Positions 27,874 through 36,883 of a stretch of DNA of 64,000 nt are shown piece after piece (the first letter of the stretch is position 1; every line of letters begins with the position of its first letter). Source of the stretch: an uncultured Planctomycetia bacterium. Lineage in GTDB: Bacteria; Omnitrophota; Gorgyraeia; 2-02-FULL-51-18; JAGOUK01. A model generated the notes under the pieces. That model was given only the letters and a program-made list of their open reading frames with translations. It was not told where the DNA came from and did no database searches. The stretch covers positions 130,039-194,038 of the forward strand of contig CAYSFB010000003.1 of the NCBI GenBank assembly GCA_964430735.1. The letters run 5' to 3'. Both the position numbers and the translations under genes were made by a program.

Positions 27874-28709
27874 GCGCCCTGCTGCTCGACGGCCGCGAAC
27901 TGGCCAAAAGTTTGAGGGAAAAGTACAAGGCCGACGTCAGCCAGGCCGCTGCCGATACCGGCCGCCCCGTCCTGCTTCAGACTCTGCGCATCGGCGACGC
28001 CGAGGATGCGAAGCTCTACGAAGATGCCATCGGCCGTCTCATGGAAAAAGTCGGCGTGACTCATCGCCGCGGAGCGCTTCCCGCGTCCGCTTCCGCCGCC
28101 GATATCCATCAAGCCATTCGCGCGGCCAGTATCGACGCGGCCGTGACGGGCGTTCTGCTTTTGAGCCCGATGCCCGATCATCTGCCCTATCAGGACTTCA
28201 TCGCCGGTCTCCCGGCGAACAAAGACGCCGAGGGGACCCGCTACGAGGCCGGATCTTCCAACGTGTTTCCGCCGACCGCTTTGGCCTGCTTCGAACTGGT
28301 CCGTGCCGCAGGATTGCCGATCGCCGGCAAGCACGCGGTGGTCGTCGGCCGCAGCCGCATCGTCGGCCGCCCCGCCGCCGATCTTCTGCTTCAGGCGGAT
28401 GCCACCGTAACTATTTGCCACTCCAAAACAACCGATCTGGCCGCCCACATCGCGTCGGCCGACATCGTCGTCGCGGCCGTCGGCCGCGCGTCGCTCATCC
28501 GCGGCGCCTGGATCAAGCCCGGAGCCGTCGTCGTCGACGCGGGGGAGAATGTTATCGACGGCAAGCCTTGCGGCGACGTGGAATTTGAGGCCGCCAAGGC
28601 GCGCGCCGGATTCATCACGCCGGTCCCCGGCGGCGTCGGTCCCGTCACGTCGCTCATGCTCGTCCGCAATTTGCTCACGCTGGCTGCTGCTTCACGGCGC
28701 TCCGTATGA
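27870..28709 (+). CDS. folD: bifunctional methylene-THF dehydrogenase/methenyl-THF cyclohydrolase
   Basis: FolD consensus (GKHAVVVGRSRIVGRP, PVPGGVGPVT); ATGA overlap with fchA. Confidence 0.9.
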   Translation: MSALLLDGRELAKSLREKYKADVSQAAADTGRPVLLQTLRIGDAEDAKLYEDAIGRLMEKVGVTHRRGALPASASAADIHQAIRAASIDAAVTGVLLLSPMPDHLPYQDFIAGLPANKDAEGTRYEAGSSNVFPPTALACFELVRAAGLPIAGKHAVVVGRSRIVGRPAADLLLQADATVTICHSKTTDLAAHIASADIVVAAVGRASLIRGAWIKPGAVVVDAGENVIDGKPCGDVEFEAAKARAGFITPVPGGVGPVTSLMLVRNLLTLAAASRRSV

Positions 28710-29536
28710 CGACCGCGTCCGCGCGGGGTCTGCGCGCCTTCGCTCCGGCGGTCAAAGCCGCCGCCCGCTCCTCCAAGCCTTCCCGAATCGCCATGGTGAC
28801 CGCCTACGACGCGCCGACCGCGCGTGTCGCCGAGGCCGCCGGAGCCGACTGGCTTCTGGTGGGAGACAGCGCCGCGACCGTCCTCCACGGATTCAGCTCC
28901 ACGCGCGGCGCCGACGCCGCAATGATGCAGCTGCACACGAAGGCCGTCCGGCGCGGATCGGCCCGAATGCCGATCGTCGCCGATCTTCCTTATTCCAGTG
29001 TCCGGCTCGACACCGCCGGACTCATCCGCGACGCCCGAGCGCTGCTCAAAGCGGGCGCCGACGCCGTCAAAATCGAATGGACGCCGCGCGCCGCGGCCCA
29101 AACGGCCGCGCTCGTCCGCGCCAAAATTCCCGTGATGGGCCATGTCGGTCTCACGCCGCAGGACTTGAAGCCCGGCGCGCCCTTCAAGCTGCGCGGCGTT
29201 GATCCGCGTGCGGCGCAAAAAATCCTTCAAGCGGCCCTCACGTTTGAGCGGCTGGGCGCTTTTGCAGTCGTCTTCGAGTGCGTGCCCGAACCGCTCGCCC
29301 GCCAGGCCGCCGAGCAACTCGAAGTCCCGGTCATCGGCATCGGCGCAGGACGCTACTGCGACGGCCAAGTGCTCGTTTTTCACGACCTCGTCGGCCTCAC
29401 GCCGGACTTCGGCGCGCGCTTCGTGAAGCGCTATGCCGACGTCTGGTCGGTCGAAGTCAAGGCCGTCCGCCGCTACGCGGCGGAAGTCAAAGCGGGAACT
29501 TTTCCCTCCAAACAACACGCGTACGGAGCTTCATGA
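28706..29536 (+). CDS. panB: 3-methyl-2-oxobutanoate hydroxymethyltransferase
   Basis: PanB consensus (MVTAYD, VGDS, KIEGG-like IEWTP, GHVGLTPQ). Confidence 0.9.
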   Translation: MTTASARGLRAFAPAVKAAARSSKPSRIAMVTAYDAPTARVAEAAGADWLLVGDSAATVLHGFSSTRGADAAMMQLHTKAVRRGSARMPIVADLPYSSVRLDTAGLIRDARALLKAGADAVKIEWTPRAAAQTAALVRAKIPVMGHVGLTPQDLKPGAPFKLRGVDPRAAQKILQAALTFERLGAFAVVFECVPEPLARQAAEQLEVPVIGIGAGRYCDGQVLVFHDLVGLTPDFGARFVKRYADVWSVEVKAVRRYAAEVKAGTFPSKQHAYGAS

Positions 29537-30495
29537 AAAAGCGGCGGCAAACCCACAAAGATCCGTCTCCGGTCATTCGCATCGGCACGCGCGGCAGCGA
29601 ATTGGCGTTGACCCAGAGCCACGGCGTCCTCAAGCGCCTGCAGCGGCGTTTTCCCAAAGTCCGCTTCGAACTCGTGGTCATCAAGACCACGGGGGACAAA
29701 AACAAGTCGCTTCAGGTCTTCGAAACGCAGACCATCGGAATTTTTACCAAGGAACTCGAAAAGCATTTAAAGAAACGGACGATCGACCTGGCCGTCCACA
29801 GCCTCAAAGACCTTCCGACGACGCTCCCTAAGGGTCTCGTCCTCGCTGCCACGCCCAAGCGCGAAAGCGCCCGCGACGTCCTCGTCTCCAAGCGCGGATG
29901 GACGCTCGAGCAGCTTCCGGAGAATGCGACCGTCGGCACGGCCAGCATCCGACGCAACCGCCAACTTGCCATCGTCCGGCCGGACGTCGAAGTGACCGGG
30001 CTTCGCGGAAACGTCGACACGCGCGTGCGCAAGGCGCTGTCCGGCGATGTCGACGCGGTCGTGATCGCGGAAGCCGGGTTGAAGCGTCTCGGACGTTTTT
30101 TACGTCACGCCAAGCCGCTTCCCGCCGAGTCCTTCATTCCCAGCGCCGGACAGGGGATCCTGGCGATCGAATCCCGCTCCAACGACGCGTTCGCGCGGCG
30201 CGTGGCGCTCACGCTCCAGGACCGCGACGCCGCAGCCGAAGCGGCCGCCGAACGCGAATGCCTCAAAACGCTGCATGGCGGCTGCCGGGTCCCGGTCGGC
30301 ATCCACGCGCGGGTTCAGGCAAACCGGCTCTCGATCCGCGCCGGCGTCTATTCGGTCCACCACACCGAAGCTCTCACCGTCCGAATGACCGGCAAACGCT
30401 CGCGCGCGGCGCACATCGGCCGCGAAGCGGCCAAAATTCTGCTCCGCCAGGGCGCAGGGGATTATTTGCGTGAAGCGCGCCGTTGCAAACACTAA
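29533..30495 (+). CDS. hemC: hydroxymethylbilane synthase (porphobilinogen deaminase)
   Basis: IRIGTRGSELAL, cofactor-binding GGCRVP. Confidence 0.9.
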   Translation: MKKRRQTHKDPSPVIRIGTRGSELALTQSHGVLKRLQRRFPKVRFELVVIKTTGDKNKSLQVFETQTIGIFTKELEKHLKKRTIDLAVHSLKDLPTTLPKGLVLAATPKRESARDVLVSKRGWTLEQLPENATVGTASIRRNRQLAIVRPDVEVTGLRGNVDTRVRKALSGDVDAVVIAEAGLKRLGRFLRHAKPLPAESFIPSAGQGILAIESRSNDAFARRVALTLQDRDAAAEAAAERECLKTLHGGCRVPVGIHARVQANRLSIRAGVYSVHHTEALTVRMTGKRSRAAHIGREAAKILLRQGAGDYLREARRCKH

Positions 30496-32014
30496 AAAAT
30501 CAGGCAAAGTCCTCCTCGTCGGCGCCGGACCCGGCGACCCGGCGCTTCTGACGCTCCGAGGCCGCGACGCGCTCGCCGGCTGCGACGCCGTGCTTTACGA
30601 CGAGATCGTTCATCCCGATATTCTGCGCTGGGTCCCGGCTCGCGCCGAGCGTTTCTACGTCGGCAAAAAAGCCGGCGCCCATTCCGTGCCTCAGGACGAG
30701 ATCAACCGCCGCCTGGCCGCGCTCGCCGCGTCCGGCCGAACCGTCGTGCGCCTCAAGGGCGGAGACCCCTATCTGTTCGGCCGCGGCGCGGAAGAAGCCC
30801 GTTTCCTCAACGCGCGCAAGATCCGCTTCGAAGTCATTCCCGGCGTCACCAGTCCTTTGGGCGCCGGCGCCTACGCCGGAATTCCGCTCACCGAACGCAC
30901 CGCGTCTTCGCGCGTCGCCTTCGTGACCGCGCATCACGCGCAGTCCGCCGAAAAACCCATGCCCTGGAAGGCGCTGCGCGAAGCGGCGGAAACGCTCGTC
31001 ATCTTCATGGGCGTCAAACGCCTCGACGCCGTCTGCTCGGAACTCATTGCCGCAGGATTCAAACCCTCGACTCCGGCCGCCGTCGTGAGCCGCGGAACCT
31101 GGCCGACCCAGGTGACCGCGACCGGCACGCTGCTCACCGTCGCCGCCGCGGCGCTTCAGCGCGGGGCCGGCGCTCCGGCCCTCGTCATCGTCGGGGATGT
31201 GGTCGGGCTTCAAAAAGAACTCAACTGGTACGAACGCCAGCCGCTTTTCGGCAAACGCATCGTCATCACGCGGGCCCGCTCCCAAGCCTCCTCCTTCCGC
31301 GAAAAGCTCACCGCGCTCGGCGCCGAAGTTATTGAATTGCCGACCATCGAGATCCGCCCGCCGCGGAGCTTCAAAGAGCTCGACGCGGCCATCGCGCACA
31401 TCCACGAGTTCGACTGGGTCGTCTTTACGAGCGTGAACGGCGTGGACATCTTTTTTGACCGTCTGCGAAGCGGCCACGGCCGCGACTCGCGTCTCCTGGC
31501 TTCGAACAAAATCGCCGCCGTCGGCGAATCCACCCGTGAACATCTGGAGCGTCAGGGACTGCGCCCGGATCTCATGCCGCGCACCTACACCTCCGAAGCC
31601 CTGGCCCAGGCGCTCATTCGCCACAACGTCAAAGGCCGCAAACTCCTCCTCATCCGTCCGCGCGTCGCCCCCGAAGCCTTCGCCGGCAAGCTGCGCCGCG
31701 CCGGAGCCGTCGTAACCCAGGCCACCGGCTACGAGACCGTGCGCCCGACGAAGGATATCCGCCGCGTGCACCGCGAAGTCGTCGCCAGGGGAAAAGGGGT
31801 CGACGCGATCGTTTTTACGAGCTCGTCGACCGCGAGCCACCTCGCCGAAGCGCTCGGCCGGCCGGAATTCCGGAATTTTGTCAAAAAGACTAAAATATTC
31901 AGCATCGGACCCCAAACCTCCCGCACCCTCAAAGCCCTCGGCGCAAACGTCCACCGGATGTCGCCGGTCGCCACGATCGCGGGACTGATCGAGACCCTGG
32001 AGAAACATTCATGA
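30470..32014 (+). CDS. cobA/hemD: bifunctional uroporphyrinogen-III C-methyltransferase / uroporphyrinogen-III synthase (CobA-HemD fusion)
   Basis: N-terminal tetrapyrrole methylase (VGAGPGDPALLT, GGDPYLFGRG), C-terminal HemD domain. Confidence 0.85.
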   Translation: MKRAVANTKKSGKVLLVGAGPGDPALLTLRGRDALAGCDAVLYDEIVHPDILRWVPARAERFYVGKKAGAHSVPQDEINRRLAALAASGRTVVRLKGGDPYLFGRGAEEARFLNARKIRFEVIPGVTSPLGAGAYAGIPLTERTASSRVAFVTAHHAQSAEKPMPWKALREAAETLVIFMGVKRLDAVCSELIAAGFKPSTPAAVVSRGTWPTQVTATGTLLTVAAAALQRGAGAPALVIVGDVVGLQKELNWYERQPLFGKRIVITRARSQASSFREKLTALGAEVIELPTIEIRPPRSFKELDAAIAHIHEFDWVVFTSVNGVDIFFDRLRSGHGRDSRLLASNKIAAVGESTREHLERQGLRPDLMPRTYTSEALAQALIRHNVKGRKLLLIRPRVAPEAFAGKLRRAGAVVTQATGYETVRPTKDIRRVHREVVARGKGVDAIVFTSSSTASHLAEALGRPEFRNFVKKTKIFSIGPQTSRTLKALGANVHRMSPVATIAGLIETLEKHS

Positions 32015-32997
32015 GCCGCAACCTCCGCATCCGACCGCGCCGCCTGCGCCGCCATCCGGCGGTCCGGGAGCTCGTGGCCGAAACGACCCTTTCTCCAGCG
32101 CATCTGATCGCGCCGATTTTTATCAAAGAAGGTCTGAAGACGCCGAAGGCGATCTCCAGCATGCCCGGTCAATTTCAGCACACGCTCCAGAGCGCCGTCG
32201 CCGAAGCCGGCCGCCTGCGTGCGCTCGGCGTAGGGTCGGTTCTCCTGTTCGGTATTCCTGCCAAAAAGGACGCCGCAGGATCCGGGGCTGCCGATCCGAA
32301 GGGGATCGTCCCGCAGACAATCCGCGCGCTCAAGGCCAAACATTCCTCGCTCGCCGTTTTTGCCGACATCTGCCTCTGCGAATACACGAGCCACGGTCAC
32401 TGCGGCATCCTGAAGAACGGCGAAGTCCAAAACGACCCGACCGTCCGCATCCTCGCGGAATCCTCGCGGGTCTGCGCCGAGGCCGGCGCCGACGTCGTGG
32501 CGCCCTCGGACATGATGGACGGCCGCATCGGCGCGATCCGGGACACGCTGGACGCCGCCGGCCACACGGACTGCGCGATTCTTTCCTATGCGGTCAAATA
32601 CGCTTCGAGTTTTTACGGTCCTTTCCGCGAAGCGGCCGAGAACACGCCGTCCAGCGGCGACCGCCGCGGCTATCAGATGAATCCGGCCAACTGGCGCGAA
32701 GCGCTCAAAGAGGCGAAGCTCGACGCCGCCGAAGGCGCCGACTTCATCCTCGTCAAACCCGCGCTTCCGTGCCTCGACATCATTGCGCGGGTGAAGGACA
32801 AGCTCGATTGCCCGATCGGCGCGTACCAGGTGAGCGGCGAATACAGCGCCATCCAGGCCGCCGCCGCCAACGGCTGGCTCGACGAACGCCGCGCCGCCCT
32901 CGAAAGTCTCACCTCGATCCGCCGCGCCGGCGCGGACTTCGTCGTCACCTACTGGGCCAAGGCCGCGGCCGGATGGATGGGGGAATTGCACCGATGA
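32011..32997 (+). CDS. hemB: porphobilinogen synthase (ALA dehydratase)
   Basis: RPRRLRRHPAVREL N-terminus, active-site Lys region, Cys-rich metal site (CLCEYTSHGHCG). Confidence 0.92.
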   Translation: MSRNLRIRPRRLRRHPAVRELVAETTLSPAHLIAPIFIKEGLKTPKAISSMPGQFQHTLQSAVAEAGRLRALGVGSVLLFGIPAKKDAAGSGAADPKGIVPQTIRALKAKHSSLAVFADICLCEYTSHGHCGILKNGEVQNDPTVRILAESSRVCAEAGADVVAPSDMMDGRIGAIRDTLDAAGHTDCAILSYAVKYASSFYGPFREAAENTPSSGDRRGYQMNPANWREALKEAKLDAAEGADFILVKPALPCLDIIARVKDKLDCPIGAYQVSGEYSAIQAAAANGWLDERRAALESLTSIRRAGADFVVTYWAKAAAGWMGELHR

Positions 32998-34274
32998 AGA
33001 GCGCCGGCCCGCGGACGTCCGAAAAGGAATTCAGCCGCTCGCGCGAAGCGATCGCCGGCGGCGTCAACAGCCCCGTGCGCGCCTTCAAGGCCATGGGCGG
33101 CTCGCCCGTGTTCTTCAAGCAGGGGCTCGGTGCGATTCTCACCGACGTCGACGACCGCCGTTACATCGATTTTTGCCTGTCGTGGGGGGCGCTGCTCTTC
33201 GGCCATGCCGACCGCGCTGTCGCGCGCGCCGTGAGCGCTCAAGCCCTCAAGGGAACGAGCTTCGGCGCGGCTACCCCCTACGAAACCCGCGTCGCCGAAA
33301 AAATCAAAGCCCTCGTCCCTTCCTGCGAACGCCTGCGCTTCACCAGCTCCGGCACCGAAGCCGCTATGTCCGCGATCCGGCTCGCGCGCGGCTACACCCG
33401 CAAGAACCGCATCATCAAATTCGAGGGTTGCTACCACGGCCATGCGGACGCGCTGCTGGTCAAGGCCGGTTCGGGCCTGGCGACCTTCGGCCACCCGAGC
33501 TCCGCGGGGGTTCCGGAGCTGGCTGCGCGGCACACGCTCGTACTGCCGTTCAACGACGCCCTCGCCGTCCGCCGCGCCTTCGAAAAATACGCCGACATCG
33601 CCTGCGTCATCGTCGAGCCCGTCGCCGGCAACATGGGCGTCGTGCTGCCTGAACCCGGCTTTCTCCAGGAACTGCGCGCGCAGACCCAGAAGCACAAGTC
33701 GCTCCTGATCTTCGACGAGGTGATCACGGGCTTCCGCGTGGCCGCTGGCGGCGCGCAGGCGGCGTACAAAATCAAGCCCGACCTCACGGTGATGGGCAAA
33801 ATCATCGGCGGCGGACTTCCGATGGGAGTCTTCGGCGGCCCCGAAAAAATCATGCGGATGCTCGCGCCCGACGGCCCGGTCTACCAGGCCGGAACGCTTT
33901 CTGGCAACCCGCTGGCGATGGCCGCCGGCCTTTCGGTCCTCGACCGCGTCCTGGCGTCCGACCCCCAGTCCAAGCTCGAGACCCAGACCCGCCGCTTCAC
34001 CGCCGACCTTAAGCGGATTTTTGACAAAAAGGGGATCCTTGCCGCGATCCCGTCGGCCGGATCGATGTTTTCGATCTTCTTCCAGCCGGACGCGCCGAAG
34101 AATTTTTCCCAAATCACGTCCGCGCACGTCGAAATGTATAAAAAATTCTTTTGGCACATGGTCAACTCCGGAGTTTATGTCCCGCCGTCGGCCTACGAAG
34201 CCTTTTTCCTCTCGACCGCCCACACGCCGGCCCTGCTCGAGAAAACGCTTAAAAGCGTCCGTTCTTTCGGGTAG
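32994..34274 (+). CDS. hemL: glutamate-1-semialdehyde 2,1-aminomutase
   Basis: Class III aminotransferase/HemL consensus incl. PLP Lys region (MGKIIGGGLP). Confidence 0.92.
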   Translation: MKSAGPRTSEKEFSRSREAIAGGVNSPVRAFKAMGGSPVFFKQGLGAILTDVDDRRYIDFCLSWGALLFGHADRAVARAVSAQALKGTSFGAATPYETRVAEKIKALVPSCERLRFTSSGTEAAMSAIRLARGYTRKNRIIKFEGCYHGHADALLVKAGSGLATFGHPSSAGVPELAARHTLVLPFNDALAVRRAFEKYADIACVIVEPVAGNMGVVLPEPGFLQELRAQTQKHKSLLIFDEVITGFRVAAGGAQAAYKIKPDLTVMGKIIGGGLPMGVFGGPEKIMRMLAPDGPVYQAGTLSGNPLAMAAGLSVLDRVLASDPQSKLETQTRRFTADLKRIFDKKGILAAIPSAGSMFSIFFQPDAPKNFSQITSAHVEMYKKFFWHMVNSGVYVPPSAYEAFFLSTAHTPALLEKTLKSVRSFG

Positions 34275-34286
34275 AATGGCCTCTCG

Positions 34287-35231
34287 ATGCTTCAAACACC
34301 CACGTTAGGCGACATTTACCGCCCCATCGAAAAGGACCTGGCCGACTTTCAGTCGTCGCTCAAGGCGCAGCTCCGCTCCGACGATCCGCTGCTTCAGGAA
34401 TTGGGCGACTACATCGTCGCGATCGCGGGCAAACACCTGCGTCCCGCGCTCACGATCCTGACGGCGCGGATGGGCGGAGAAAAAACCGATTTTCCGATCC
34501 GCCTTGCGATCGCGATCGAGCTCCTTCACACGGCAACGCTCATTCATGACGACATCGTCGACGGCTCCAAGTTCCGCCGCAACCGCGAATCCCTCAATCA
34601 CAAGTGGGGCACCGAGATCGCGCTTATCGGCGGCGACTACGTCTACGCCAAGGTCTTTTTGTCGCTGGCCGAAGTGGCCGACCCGCGCATCAGCCAGATG
34701 TTCAGCCATTGCGCGCTCAAGATTTGCGAAGGCGAAATGAAGCAGATCGAAACGCGGCGCGCGCCCTTCGTCTCCGAAGAAAATTACCTGTCGATGATCT
34801 ACAAAAAAACCGCCATCCTGTTTGAGACCGCCTGCGCGGCCGGCGGTTACACCGCCAAATTCTCCGTGCCGCAGATCGCGAAGCTGGCGGAATACGGCAA
34901 AAACTTCGGCATGGCCTACCAGATCGCCGACGACTGCCTCGACCTCGTCGGCAGCGCCGAAGTCCTGGGCAAGGAAAACGGCTCCGACTTCGAAAAAAGC
35001 GACCCCACGCTCCCGATGATCTATCTGATGAACGAGCTCAACGGCGATTTTCCGTCCAAGGACTTCGCCAAAGTCCGCGACCTCGCCGTCGAGCGCGGCG
35101 CCGTCGAGCGCAGTCTCGCGCTCGCCAAGTCCTACGGCGCCAAGGCCGTCGCGGCGCTCGAGTCGGTTCCGGCCGGCCCTTACCGCAAGAGCCTGCTCGA
35201 TCTCGTCGACTTCACGCTCCAGCGCGTCTAA
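34287..35231 (+). CDS. ispB: polyprenyl diphosphate synthase (IspB/HepT-like)
   Basis: Two Asp-rich motifs LIHDDIVDGSKFRRN and YQIADDCLD. Confidence 0.8.
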   Translation: MLQTPTLGDIYRPIEKDLADFQSSLKAQLRSDDPLLQELGDYIVAIAGKHLRPALTILTARMGGEKTDFPIRLAIAIELLHTATLIHDDIVDGSKFRRNRESLNHKWGTEIALIGGDYVYAKVFLSLAEVADPRISQMFSHCALKICEGEMKQIETRRAPFVSEENYLSMIYKKTAILFETACAAGGYTAKFSVPQIAKLAEYGKNFGMAYQIADDCLDLVGSAEVLGKENGSDFEKSDPTLPMIYLMNELNGDFPSKDFAKVRDLAVERGAVERSLALAKSYGAKAVAALESVPAGPYRKSLLDLVDFTLQRV

Positions 35232-35246
35232 AGCGGGGAATATCCC

Positions 35247-35393
35247 ATGTTCGGCATCGGCTGGTCCGAAATCCTCGTCCTCCTCCTGATCGCGCTCCTG
35301 TTCATGGGCGCCGAACGCCTGCCCGAAATCGGCCGCTCCCTCGGCGAAGCCATCCGCGAAATCCGCAGCCTCAAACGCAAAAAACGCTCATGA
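35247..35393 (+). CDS. tatA: twin-arginine translocase subunit TatA/E (48 aa; below ORF-track cutoff)
   Basis: MFGIGWSEILVLLLIALLFMGAERLPEIGRSLGEAIREIR matches TatA TM + amphipathic helix; stop overlaps mnmA ATG. Confidence 0.6.
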   Translation: MFGIGWSEILVLLLIALLFMGAERLPEIGRSLGEAIREIRSLKRKKRS

Positions 35394-36460
35394 AAAAGCG
35401 TGTGCTCGTCGCCATGTCCGGCGGAGTGGACAGCTCCGTCGCCGCCTACCTTCTTCAGAAGGAAGGGTACGAAGTCGTAGGCGCGACTATCAAGACCTGG
35501 TCTTCGGACGAGTGCAAGGACGAGCGCGCCAAAGGCTGCTGCTCGATCCGAGACATCACCGACGCGCGCGCCGTCGCGGGCAAGCTGGGCATTCCGTACT
35601 ACGTCCTCGACCTCTCCGCCGATTTCAAGGACAAGGTCATCGACTACTTCGTGAGCACTTATGTCGAAGGCCGCACGCCCAATCCCTGCATCCAGTGCAA
35701 CACACACATCAAGTTCGGGATTTTTCGGAAAAAAGCCGAGGAGATCGGCGCCGAATGGATGGCCACCGGCCATTACGCGCGGCGCGGTCAAGACCCGGCC
35801 ACCGGCCGCTGGTTCATCCGGGAAGGCGTCGATCTCTCGAAGGACCAGAGCTACGTCCTGTTCGGCCTCACCCAGGAGCAGCTGGCCAAAACGCTTCTGC
35901 CGGTGGGGGAGCATCAAAAAAGCGACATCCGCGCGATCGCCCAGGAACTGGGCTTGCGCGTCTTCGACAAGCCCGACAGCCAGGAAATCTGCTTCGTTCC
36001 GGGCCATTATGCGGATTTTTTGAAGTCTGCCGGGGCCAAGCTTCCGGGGCAGGGCGACGTCGTCGACCGTCACGGCAAAGTCCTCGCCCGGCACGAAGGG
36101 TACCATCTGTACACCATCGGCCAGCGCAAGCGGCTGGGCGTCACGGACCCCGAGCCCCTGTTCGTGGTCGACATCGACGCGGCCGCCAACCGGATCGTGA
36201 TCGGCAAACGCGAAGACCTCGACCGTCAGCGGATGCGGATCACCGGCATCAACTGGATGCTCGAACCCAGCCCCAAGGACTACACGGTCAAGATCCGTTC
36301 CCGCCACATCAAGGTGGGGATGCATATTCTGGAGTCAAAAAACGACGAAGCTGTGGTAGAATTTTGCTCGCCTCAATCCGCCGTGACCCCCGGCCAGGCC
36401 GCCGTCATCTATGACGGCGACGCCGTCGTCGGCGGCGGTTGGATCCAGTCCGCGAATTAG
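35390..36460 (+). CDS. mnmA: tRNA 2-thiouridine(34) synthase
   Basis: PP-loop SGGVDSSVAAYLL, catalytic Cys residues. Confidence 0.9.
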   Translation: MKKRVLVAMSGGVDSSVAAYLLQKEGYEVVGATIKTWSSDECKDERAKGCCSIRDITDARAVAGKLGIPYYVLDLSADFKDKVIDYFVSTYVEGRTPNPCIQCNTHIKFGIFRKKAEEIGAEWMATGHYARRGQDPATGRWFIREGVDLSKDQSYVLFGLTQEQLAKTLLPVGEHQKSDIRAIAQELGLRVFDKPDSQEICFVPGHYADFLKSAGAKLPGQGDVVDRHGKVLARHEGYHLYTIGQRKRLGVTDPEPLFVVDIDAAANRIVIGKREDLDRQRMRITGINWMLEPSPKDYTVKIRSRHIKVGMHILESKNDEAVVEFCSPQSAVTPGQAAVIYDGDAVVGGGWIQSAN

Positions 36461-36485
36461 TTTTTCCTGCCCGTTCCCATCTTTC

Positions 36486-36559
36486 GGCGGCGTAGCTCAG
36501 TTGGTTAGAGCGAGGGACTCATAAGCCCTAGGTCAGTGGTTCGATCCCACTCGCCGCCA
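36486..36559 (+). tRNA. tRNA-Met (anticodon CAT; elongator type, could alternatively be tRNA-Ile2/lysidine)
   Basis: Cloverleaf folded by hand: acceptor GGCGGCG/CGCCGCC, D-arm GCTCAGTTGGTTAGAGC, anticodon loop CUCAUAA, T-arm GGTTCGATCC; G1-C72 paired so not initiator; no encoded CCA. Confidence 0.8.
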
Positions 36560-36561
36560 CA

Positions 36562-36669
36562 TTTTTTCCACACAAATACGGCATCTGCGGCGTTGCTCGG
36601 TTGCTTGCATAGCGTAAGCTATGCCGCGCAACCTCGCGCCTTGCATCTGCCGTATTTGTGTGGAAAAAA
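36562..36669. repeat. 108-bp element bounded by 21-bp perfect terminal inverted repeats (TTTTTTCCACACAAATACGGC / GCCGTATTTGTGTGGAAAAAA) with internal GCATAGC-GTAA-GCTATGC hairpin
   Basis: Read directly; starts 3 nt after tRNA-Met. Confidence 0.5.
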
Positions 36670-36690
36670 TACTTTAGAACGGGGCCCGCC

Positions 36691-36759
36691 GTGTGCGCGC
36701 TGCGAGGACTGGCGCGCAACCGATCCGTGCTGCGCGCTGCGAGGACTGGCGCGTAGCCC
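36691..36759. repeat. two tandem copies of a ~37-bp GC-rich repeat (core TGCGCGCTGCGAGGACTGGCGCG identical in both)
   Basis: 23-nt perfect direct repeat at 36694-36716 and 36731-36753. Confidence 0.45.
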
Positions 36760-36883
36760 TTTCTCCTCCCAAACCCTCATTAAATGTTTATAGTTGATTA
36801 ATCTTGGATAATCATTATACTGTTTGGTAAGAATTACTTGTCAGAATCGGGGTACGTATAAACGGAACGGAAGGGGAAACCCA

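Noticed and set aside
30500-32008. 502-aa minus-strand ORF antisense to cobA/hemD
   Set aside because: Shadow ORF of a confidently assigned gene. Gly/Arg/Asp-rich with no motifs.
31729-36325. Minus-strand ORFs antisense to hemB, hemL, ispB and mnmA (420, 448, 134 and 365 aa)
   Set aside because: All overlap well-supported plus-strand genes, and none carries a motif.
36691-36759. Possible CRISPR array
   Set aside because: Only two copies of a 37-bp unit. No spacer-repeat periodicity beyond that, and no cas genes in the window.
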